Of a stretch of DNA of 64,000 nt, positions 1 to 8,062 are shown piece by piece (position 1 is the first letter of the stretch; each line of letters begins with the position of its first letter). Origin of the DNA: Candidatus Poseidoniales archaeon (GTDB lineage: Archaea > Thermoplasmatota > Poseidoniia > Poseidoniales > Poseidoniaceae). Location of the stretch: positions 7,166 through 71,165 of the forward strand of contig JAYQSB010000001.1 of the NCBI GenBank assembly GCA_038146705.1. Direction: 5' to 3'. The translations under genes and the position numbers were made by a program. The notes beneath the pieces are model-generated. The model saw only the letters and a list, made by a program, of their open reading frames with translations. It was not told where the DNA came from and searched no databases.

Positions 1-2
1 CA

Positions 3-2846
3 TCCACTGGACTCAGTCGTGTGAATTTTAATAATCCCAATTTGAACACCATTGCTCAGATTTTTGACAATGCTCTTCTCACTCTTGTCGAGGTCGTTCT
101 TGATATTGGAGCGATATTGAACGGATTGCCAAACGGCATTGTCGGCACTGCGGGCTCTTCGGGAGGGGAGGTCGATATTTCATGTTGGAATCAGGTGAAG
201 CAAAGTTTGCCGTCGTCATCAAGACAACCCGAATCGCTTGGCACCATAGCATTTGCATTTGGAAGCAGCACTCATCCCGTTATGGCGAACACAGACCATG
301 TGCTGTTGTCACAAGATGCCCTGCATTCCACAGTCAACGGTCGTCTTGGGCCTCAAGACCCTCTTGTTCCTGTCGCAATGAGCATGAGAATGTCGGGAAT
401 TAACCACGTTCGACAGTATTTTGACCCATCAACAGAAATTCGTGACATCATCTTTGAGGGCTCAAACACGGAATCGTTGCTGCTTGGCTATGTGTATCAT
501 GAGGGTACAAATATTGATGACGCCATCAAACAGGCTGCCATCGTATCCAATCGACCGACGACATTACAGATGACACAAACGCCTATTTCGCTCGATTATG
601 AGGCAAGTTCCCCGATTGGAACAATTACCTACGGGGGCTCTTCTGACAATCAACAAAATGCGATCCGGCTCGATGGTCTGCCATCGAATTTTTCCCTCAT
701 CCTCGGCGAAACGATCGGTTATTCTGCCCAAGAACCAATGTCGTCAATTCAAATCCAAATGTCGAACGCAAGCGAGCATCGTACGATGGATGGCGACCAT
801 TTTAGGTATTGGGTAAACAACGATACAAAGGAAGCAAGCCTCAGTGTTCAAATCTCAAACATCACCTCTGTCCAACGATTAAGTCCACTTGTTCCCGGTT
901 CTACTGGGCCCGAAGGAAATTCAATTATCGAACTCGCACGCTCATCCTCATCGCCGTTTTCTGTCTTATTCGAGGATGAAAGTGACTATGACAATCCATT
1001 CCTCGGCCTCAATGGACGGGTTCACATCAATCCACTTCCAGCAGATATTTCGCTTGCATTCCCGAGCGGCCTCAATTCGAATGGGATTGAGTTGCCGAGT
1101 TTCGGAGACCAAGAGGGAATTCAAGGTGTTTCATTCTTCCTGAGTGATGTGGTTGAAGTGGGCAATGTCATCAATGATTTTGTTTACCAAATGACCAACG
1201 ATCTCGCAGGTGTAAATGGTGATGAGCAAACCAACTTATCCTTTGGCCTCGACCTTGTCACCGGAGAAAAATTCGATGTCGTTGCCGATTTGAAGAAGGG
1301 TGACAATATTCCGAATACACCAGATTGGCAACATGGTATCGGTGTTGAAGCAGTTGAGAACACATACCTCGAGTTTAACCTCACCCGCATGCCAACCTTT
1401 ACACTTTCCAACCGTCAGATTATGGAAAACATCCTCGAAGATGGTGCCATTAGTTTAGATGAACGAGCACAAGCAGCCACCATCGTCGAGTTCCTCAATA
1501 TTACAGGTGGATTAGACCTCGTCTTTGCCTTGGAGGATGGGAAAATCTTCGATACAGAAATACGAGGTTTGAACTTCACACTCCTTGAGGAGCAAGGTGT
1601 CACAATCATCCAACGCCGAGCGTGGCATTTGCGTGCTTGGCTACCGAGTTTGCCTTCAGGGGCCATCGATATGGCCTATGAATACACATTTGAAGACGGC
1701 GTGCCGGTCTATCAAATTGATATTTCACTCAGTCAATGGCAACCCGAACGAGAACAGTTTTCGATGGTGATCAACGGTCTTCAAGGACGAGACATCGACC
1801 TCGTCATCGATGGATTTGACACTTCAAAGAGCAACGATGTCCTCATCAATGCACGATTTTCAACCCAAGATAATTTTAGTGTTCCAAGATTCACTTTTGA
1901 TTTGCATTATGATATCGGAATGAGGCTGAATTCTGCTCACGTTCTCTTGGTTGACCACCAAGCTCTTTCTCGAGTTGAAGCATTGGTTATGGGCATTCCA
2001 CAATCAACCGATGTATCGGCAACCATTGGTGACATTCTCATTCTTGACCTCACAGTACCTGAGGAATTCAGAATAGACGGGCATTCGGCAGACTCGCTCA
2101 TGATTCAACAAATGCGATTTGTTGATGGGTTTTGGTGGCCTTCAACAGCGTTTATGCGCAATCTGCCGGGTGAAATGCACCTTTCGACATTAACCGATTC
2201 CCGTTTTGACATTCGAGAACAAATTGCTTTCCAAGGTATGCGAACATTGGATTATTCCTCAAACACAGATGATATGGATTTGTACCTTGAAGCATTTGGC
2301 CGGGCCATCGATTCGAAAGGAAACACACTCATGCTCGCTGAAAACCTGCCCCAGCGATTTGTACTATCGCCCACTGAAGATTACGGGCTTCGCATTGCTT
2401 CATCAGGAAAAGGTGTAGAGCGAGTGTATCTCAAACAGTCCGACATGCCTTCATCTCCTGGTGTCACAATCAAACGGGTTGAAGTGATTGGACAATACTT
2501 GAGTGGTGCTACGATACACATCCACTCTGGTCCGATGCAATATCCAATTATCATCATCGACGATATAACCACCGGACGAATTGTTGCTAGCGCAGAAGCC
2601 TACGTCGAGCCCGGAGAGATGTATCCTGTTCTTGATGGGTTCGATCTCAGCGGACGAGCCGTCCTTTTGGACGCACAATTCACAGGCGTTCTACCAACCG
2701 CCTCTTCCTTCGGCATCAATGGTATTGTTACTGATTTGTCCATCGTTGGTGAATTAACAGGCCAACGTGTCGAAACGCGGCACATTTTGGTGGTTGAACC
2801 ACTTACAACGCTCGTCATCAGCGGTTTATCGATGATTCTGGGGTGA
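3..2846 (+). CDS. Large secreted/surface protein of unknown function (probably 5' partial)
   Basis: ORF track 21..2846 (941 aa). There is no in-frame stop between nt 3 and 21, so the frame is open to the window edge. No catalytic motif recognised. Hydrophobic C-terminal segment LTTLVISGLSMILG. Next ORF starts 4 nt downstream on the same strand. Confidence 0.55.
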   Translation, partial: STGLSRVNFNNPNLNTIAQIFDNALLTLVEVVLDIGAILNGLPNGIVGTAGSSGGEVDISCWNQVKQSLPSSSRQPESLGTIAFAFGSSTHPVMANTDHVLLSQDALHSTVNGRLGPQDPLVPVAMSMRMSGINHVRQYFDPSTEIRDIIFEGSNTESLLLGYVYHEGTNIDDAIKQAAIVSNRPTTLQMTQTPISLDYEASSPIGTITYGGSSDNQQNAIRLDGLPSNFSLILGETIGYSAQEPMSSIQIQMSNASEHRTMDGDHFRYWVNNDTKEASLSVQISNITSVQRLSPLVPGSTGPEGNSIIELARSSSSPFSVLFEDESDYDNPFLGLNGRVHINPLPADISLAFPSGLNSNGIELPSFGDQEGIQGVSFFLSDVVEVGNVINDFVYQMTNDLAGVNGDEQTNLSFGLDLVTGEKFDVVADLKKGDNIPNTPDWQHGIGVEAVENTYLEFNLTRMPTFTLSNRQIMENILEDGAISLDERAQAATIVEFLNITGGLDLVFALEDGKIFDTEIRGLNFTLLEEQGVTIIQRRAWHLRAWLPSLPSGAIDMAYEYTFEDGVPVYQIDISLSQWQPEREQFSMVINGLQGRDIDLVIDGFDTSKSNDVLINARFSTQDNFSVPRFTFDLHYDIGMRLNSAHVLLVDHQALSRVEALVMGIPQSTDVSATIGDILILDLTVPEEFRIDGHSADSLMIQQMRFVDGFWWPSTAFMRNLPGEMHLSTLTDSRFDIREQIAFQGMRTLDYSSNTDDMDLYLEAFGRAIDSKGNTLMLAENLPQRFVLSPTEDYGLRIASSGKGVERVYLKQSDMPSSPGVTIKRVEVIGQYLSGATIHIHSGPMQYPIIIIDDITTGRIVASAEAYVEPGEMYPVLDGFDLSGRAVLLDAQFTGVLPTASSFGINGIVTDLSIVGELTGQRVETRHILVVEPLTTLVISGLSMILG

Positions 2847-2850
2847 TCTA

Positions 2851-3405
2851 GTGTTACAAAAAGCCGTGAGTCAGGAAGAGGATGATGACTGGACCGCCTC
2901 ACAAGATGCTGCGAAATTGCTCGAAACGGTGCGAAGGGAGGTGACGCCAACAAGGGTTGGTTTTGCAGGTGTGATGGTTTTGCTCGTTCTCGGTGTACTT
3001 CTCTCAGGTTGGTATTATGTCCTGCCTAGAGATGATGTCATGGTTGAAACCCGATATATGCAACGCAGCGGCCATTTGATGATGGCACAAATTCATAACG
3101 ATGGAAGCCGTGATATTACAGATGTATCACTTCAGATATCATTTGAAACAATCGATGGCATCATCCTTGAATCAACTCAAATCGACGTCGACAAGATTTC
3201 TTCGCATTCCTCACTTGCTGGAGATGAACTGGAAATGCACGTGATTGGATATTCTGTTTGGGATGACTATGTTATCCACATCGAACTTCAATGGAAAGAC
3301 TATGATGGTGAGCGACGCCAACAACAATGGTATCATCAAGTTGGCGAGTGGTCTCAAGAAATGTTCTTTGATGAGGCGGATGGCAAATTTTGGCCACTTG
3401 GTTAA
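2851..3405 (+). CDS. Small single-pass membrane protein, unknown function
   Basis: 184-aa ORF with GTG start. One clear TM helix, GFAGVMVLLVLGVLLSGWYYV, follows an acidic N-terminus. Sits between two surface-protein genes on the same strand. Confidence 0.5.
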   Translation: MLQKAVSQEEDDDWTASQDAAKLLETVRREVTPTRVGFAGVMVLLVLGVLLSGWYYVLPRDDVMVETRYMQRSGHLMMAQIHNDGSRDITDVSLQISFETIDGIILESTQIDVDKISSHSSLAGDELEMHVIGYSVWDDYVIHIELQWKDYDGERRQQQWYHQVGEWSQEMFFDEADGKFWPLG

Positions 3406-3421
3406 AGATGAGGCGAATACA

Positions 3422-6400
3422 ATGACTCGACACAAAGCGGTTTTGCTCGTCGTATTGATGGTGACATCGATGTTGTCGACACATCTTTCAGTACCAAATC
3501 AAAGCATTTCTTTTGAACTCGATAGCGATTTTGAAATGGTTGAATTTGCAGTTTCAGCAGATACATTCAACGATTTTATCGGTCAAGAAGAAACATATGA
3601 CCTCATGGAAATCCGTGAACTTTCAGCGTCGAGTTCTATTGGCATATTCAACGCAAATGGTTTCTTTCCATCCCGACCAATTGCAGCAGATTGGCTGACA
3701 CCGAAGGATTTCAGTCTTATGGTGATCGTCGATGATGCTGTGAAAATGAAAGATGCGAGAAACTCAATTGATGCTTTTTATGGCATCGAGGTCAGAGAGT
3801 TCATTGCTCCATCTGGTCTTTTGGTACAGGGAACACACACCGCTTTGATGGAACTTATACATCAACCATACATTCATTCATATTCATCGGTCCCTCTCGC
3901 TCTTTTTCTCGATGATAGTCTTCTCGATGCAACCTTATTCACTGACGGTGAAGAGTATATTTCCGGGTTAGCACTACGAGTAGAATCTTGGCGTTATGAG
4001 GGGGGGATATCAGACGGCGTCGATATCGACGATGGTGTGGGAGGAACGGTCATTCAAAGTTTTGAGTCTATTACAAATCATCTCGTCGACATAGAGCACC
4101 GATGGGATGTCGGCAGGGTTGATGGATACATCGAAGCGAATAACCTCAAAACGCTGGCGAATCAACCTGCTGTACGAAGTATTGCTCTCGTTCCTGAATA
4201 CCATGTCTTTAACGACAATTCACGAAGTCATATGAGTGTGAATACAATGAAAACGTATTTCAACACAAATTTAGACGGCTCAAATCAAATCATCGCGGTT
4301 GCAGATGCTGGACTTGACGAAGACCACGGTGATTTTGGAACGAGAATCATCGGTTCATACGACGTCATAGGTGACGGATCAACAGCGGATAAGCATTCAG
4401 GTCATGGCACCCACGTTTCTTGCACCGTTCTTGGCGATGGTTTCCGTGGAGGATACGCTGGCGTAGCACCCGAGGCTGAATTGTATTTCCAAGCAATGGA
4501 AAACGACAACACAGGGAATTTTCAGTCGCCTTCACTCAATAGTTTGCTCGATGTTTCCTACAATGCAGGTGCTAGAATTCATACGAATTCATGGGGCTCT
4601 TCTCAGGCAAGTCAACAAGGAAAATACAATTCAGACACGGAGGATGTTGATGATAACACCAATTATTACGACAGGTACTATACCGGCCGTGAAGGACTTA
4701 CTGTGCTGTTTGCCAACGGTAATGACGGTCCCGGTTCTGGAACGATATCCCCTCCTGCGACGGCGAAAAATGCAATTTCGGTTGGTAGCCACATCAATCG
4801 CGGTCAAGCCTCTCCAAACACAATTGCAGATAGTTCATCGCGTGGTCCAACTGAAGACAATCGAATTAAACCGGATGTTCTCGCTCCGGGAGGATTCGTT
4901 CGTTCCTGCCTCGCTCAAGAAGCAACGGATACTGCAGGTGGCACAACTCAACCAGGTGGATGGTATATTCAGTACTCAGGTACATCGATGGCGACACCGA
5001 ATGCCGCTGGTGTGGCCTCAATGATACGTGAATATATCATCGAAATTGCACAGCGTCCCTCACCCCAAGGGGCCCTCGTAAAAGCACTCATGGTTCTTGG
5101 AGCACAAGATATTGGAAGTAAAAACATACCCAATAACGATGAAGGTTGGGGCCGAATCAATGTTCGAAATTCCCTTGCACCGTCAAACGGTCAAGGTATT
5201 TGGGTTGATGATCGCTCGGTCATGTCTGGGACTGGAAACTCAAAGTCGTATTCATTCAATATTTCACAAGCCAATGCAGAACTCAAAGTCGTTCTTGCTT
5301 GGTCGGATGAACGAGGTTCAAGATTCTCGAGCACCCAGCTCGTCAATAACCTCGATCTTGAAGTCACGAGCCCGGATGGCCAGACAACATATTACGGAAA
5401 CGATTTTTCTGGTGGCACATCTGTTGTTACTGGGACTCGAGATTCTATCAACAATCTCGAAGTGGTTTTGATTGAAAATGCTGTTCAAGGTGTTTGGACT
5501 GTTAAGGTCGTCGATACCTATCACGGAGGGTCAAAAATCCAACCTTATGCGGTTGCGGTACGAGGACATGGTGTGAATGACTTGCGCCCTGATATTACGG
5601 TCATTGCTGGCGATTTTGAAATGAGCACAGCGATTCCTCAAGTTGGTGAGGATGTCATCGTTTCTGTCCCATTTTTCAATTTAGGCAATGTGAAAGCAGA
5701 TACGTTCAATGTTGAATTCCAAGAAAATGGTGTCGAGATTGACGCAAAGAGTTTCGATCTTGGCCCGGGTTCAACAAAGGTCATTCAGTGGGACTGGGTC
5801 CCAACGACTGCAGGTGCAACCACACTTCGATTCATTATCGACCCACTTGAAGAACTGGAAGAAATCAATGAAGACAACAATGAATTTGATTTCGTCGTAA
5901 ATGTGACGACACCTGGAGTGAAATTAGAATCGTCAAATCAAGAGATTCTCATCACAAGTTCAAACCAATCAACGACAACATGGGAAATTGCTTTGACAAA
6001 TACAGCCTTGTTGGAAACGAATGCATCAGTAGAAACGGGCACCGTACATTTCGTTGATTCAACCATTGATTTAGGTTGGTATGTCGGAACAGGGGTGTCA
6101 AATTTTTCACTTAGTGGTCAAGAAAGTGTCGCACTGAATGTTACACTTGTTCATCCAAGTCCGCCCAGTCCGGGCCTATATGTCGTTGAATTGCTTGGGA
6201 TTGATGTCGATAATGGGGTGACATATCCATATGAGGTCCATCTCAGGGTTCCTGAAATTGCAAAGGCACGGCTTGAATTTGATTATCAAATCGTTCCTGT
6301 TCACCCAATCAATGAGACAAATATCACCGTTCGAATGTACAACGATGGTAATGCTCCGATAGGTTACGACCTTTTCCTTGAAGCACCTGCTGGATGGATC

Positions 6401-7996
6401 GCAGGATTTTCAGATTTAGGCAGCGAAGCAGGAGCAATTTCTGGTTCGACTGGACTTATTGACGCCGATAGTTATCGTGAGGTTTCACTCACATTTACGC
6501 CCCCACAAATCATGACCGCAGCCCAAGCAGAACGAACTGTGGTTCTTACTGCAATAAGTCAAACTGAACATCAAAAATATGTGGAATTTGAGATACCTAT
6601 TCGAGTTACAGCAATCAGGGACATACAAGTCCAATTGGAAACATCATTGGGCACGATACGTCCAGATTCGTCGGTTACGATGATGCTCAGCATCGAGAAT
6701 TCTGGGAATCAGGACCTGTATCTCCTACCATCCCTTGAGTTACCATCGGGTTGGACATCACAAACAACGCTTGAACCATTCACACTTGAATGGCAGGAAA
6801 CCAAAAACATCCTTTTTTCACTCAAGGCAAATATGAATGCCAAGTCGGGCCAAATACAATTGAATTTGGACAATGGTTCGACACGATTTATGTGGAATCA
6901 AGATGTGAATGTTGAAGCACTCCCACAACCAACGGTTGATTTTGTTTCACTCGAATATTCAGGGGAGGCGTATGAAACCCTTTCTGGAGCTGGTGCCCAA
7001 CCGAGTGGGGTCGAACTTGTCTACACTTGGATTCTCAGCAATACCGGGGAAACCAAATGGTATCCATCGACGCTCTTGAATCTCGATCAAAATTTGGTGG
7101 GTGATTGCGACCAAGTTGGTGAAATCGGTTTGAACGAGATAGTTCCCGTTAAGTGTCGAATACTCATTCGAAATGACGCTGAGCCGATGTCTCAGCCGTC
7201 GTTTACTGTAACGTTTTCAGATGAAAATGCGAGTGTTGTTCGTACGGTTGGCCTCGTAGTTGCACCGGTTGAAAGTTATTCTTGGACACTGAAATCCACA
7301 CCAGAATTTACAACAGGCGTCGAAGGGGCCATCGTTCTAGAAGTGGAAAACACAGGAAATGTCGCCCTACAGCGCCGAATCACGGTTGAGAGCGTTGAAG
7401 ATTGGGACATTTCAGTGGATGGTACGGATATTCTCGATCTTGAACCGGGCCAAGATGTTGTCGTGCGATTGAATGTAATATCTCACAAGCCAAGTACACG
7501 TGAAGTGACCTTTAAATTATCAGAAAGCGATGCAGATAGTCGCATTTTCCGAATTGATGTTGCATCGTTCGGTGAACCAGTTGGAAGTGGAGATGATGGG
7601 TTATCGTCATCGGTTATTGTCACAGGTATTTCTCTCCTCATTTTTGGCTTGCTTGCTGCTGCAGGTGCATTGGTGATGAAGCAACGACGTCAACCAAATC
7701 CACAACTTCCTCTACCGCCACTCGGAGCAGCCACTCCCGTTCCCCAAACGATGATGCCTCCACCAATTCAAAAAACGCAGCCTACGTCAGTCGTCGCAAC
7801 CCCGGCACCTGTTGCTCAAGCAGCGAAACCACTCGTCGTTTGCTGGTTGTGTCGTGACGGAATCGAGGGGCCGTCCCTTGCATGTGGCACTTGTGGAGCA
7901 AGGTATCACAACACAGATTCATGCAAACCCAAAGAGTCCGCAACATGTGAAAATTGTGACAACCTTTGTTCAAACTTTTTGCCCGTGATGTCGTGA
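3422..7996 (+). CDS. Membrane-anchored S8 subtilisin-like serine protease with CARDB-like modules and a Cys-rich cytoplasmic tail
   Basis: Asp/His/Ser triad motifs AVADAGLDEDHGDF, HGTHVSCTVLG and GTSMATPNAAGVASM. Signal-peptide-like start MTRHKAVLLVVLMVTSMLS at 3422; the longer ORF from 3245 overlaps the previous CDS. A P-domain-like segment follows the catalytic domain. CARDB-type end motif EINEDNNEFDFVVNV. Repeated x-N-[TDS]-G-N modules. TM helix VIVTGISLLIFGLLAAAGALVM near the C-terminus. Confidence 0.9.
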   Translation: MTRHKAVLLVVLMVTSMLSTHLSVPNQSISFELDSDFEMVEFAVSADTFNDFIGQEETYDLMEIRELSASSSIGIFNANGFFPSRPIAADWLTPKDFSLMVIVDDAVKMKDARNSIDAFYGIEVREFIAPSGLLVQGTHTALMELIHQPYIHSYSSVPLALFLDDSLLDATLFTDGEEYISGLALRVESWRYEGGISDGVDIDDGVGGTVIQSFESITNHLVDIEHRWDVGRVDGYIEANNLKTLANQPAVRSIALVPEYHVFNDNSRSHMSVNTMKTYFNTNLDGSNQIIAVADAGLDEDHGDFGTRIIGSYDVIGDGSTADKHSGHGTHVSCTVLGDGFRGGYAGVAPEAELYFQAMENDNTGNFQSPSLNSLLDVSYNAGARIHTNSWGSSQASQQGKYNSDTEDVDDNTNYYDRYYTGREGLTVLFANGNDGPGSGTISPPATAKNAISVGSHINRGQASPNTIADSSSRGPTEDNRIKPDVLAPGGFVRSCLAQEATDTAGGTTQPGGWYIQYSGTSMATPNAAGVASMIREYIIEIAQRPSPQGALVKALMVLGAQDIGSKNIPNNDEGWGRINVRNSLAPSNGQGIWVDDRSVMSGTGNSKSYSFNISQANAELKVVLAWSDERGSRFSSTQLVNNLDLEVTSPDGQTTYYGNDFSGGTSVVTGTRDSINNLEVVLIENAVQGVWTVKVVDTYHGGSKIQPYAVAVRGHGVNDLRPDITVIAGDFEMSTAIPQVGEDVIVSVPFFNLGNVKADTFNVEFQENGVEIDAKSFDLGPGSTKVIQWDWVPTTAGATTLRFIIDPLEELEEINEDNNEFDFVVNVTTPGVKLESSNQEILITSSNQSTTTWEIALTNTALLETNASVETGTVHFVDSTIDLGWYVGTGVSNFSLSGQESVALNVTLVHPSPPSPGLYVVELLGIDVDNGVTYPYEVHLRVPEIAKARLEFDYQIVPVHPINETNITVRMYNDGNAPIGYDLFLEAPAGWIAGFSDLGSEAGAISGSTGLIDADSYREVSLTFTPPQIMTAAQAERTVVLTAISQTEHQKYVEFEIPIRVTAIRDIQVQLETSLGTIRPDSSVTMMLSIENSGNQDLYLLPSLELPSGWTSQTTLEPFTLEWQETKNILFSLKANMNAKSGQIQLNLDNGSTRFMWNQDVNVEALPQPTVDFVSLEYSGEAYETLSGAGAQPSGVELVYTWILSNTGETKWYPSTLLNLDQNLVGDCDQVGEIGLNEIVPVKCRILIRNDAEPMSQPSFTVTFSDENASVVRTVGLVVAPVESYSWTLKSTPEFTTGVEGAIVLEVENTGNVALQRRITVESVEDWDISVDGTDILDLEPGQDVVVRLNVISHKPSTREVTFKLSESDADSRIFRIDVASFGEPVGSGDDGLSSSVIVTGISLLIFGLLAAAGALVMKQRRQPNPQLPLPPLGAATPVPQTMMPPPIQKTQPTSVVATPAPVAQAAKPLVVCWLCRDGIEGPSLACGTCGARYHNTDSCKPKESATCENCDNLCSNFLPVMS

Positions 7997-8062
7997 TAAT
8001 TCTTGCTCATTTTGAATCTGTTAAGGCGAGGCTTTTGATAGGAGAACCTTCACCCATTTTTC

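Noticed and set aside
3245-3421. Upstream extension of the subtilase ORF (the ORF track starts at 3245).
   Set aside because: It overlaps the 3' end of the CDS at 2851..3405 in another frame. A typical signal peptide begins at the Met encoded at 3422, so the extension is most likely not translated.
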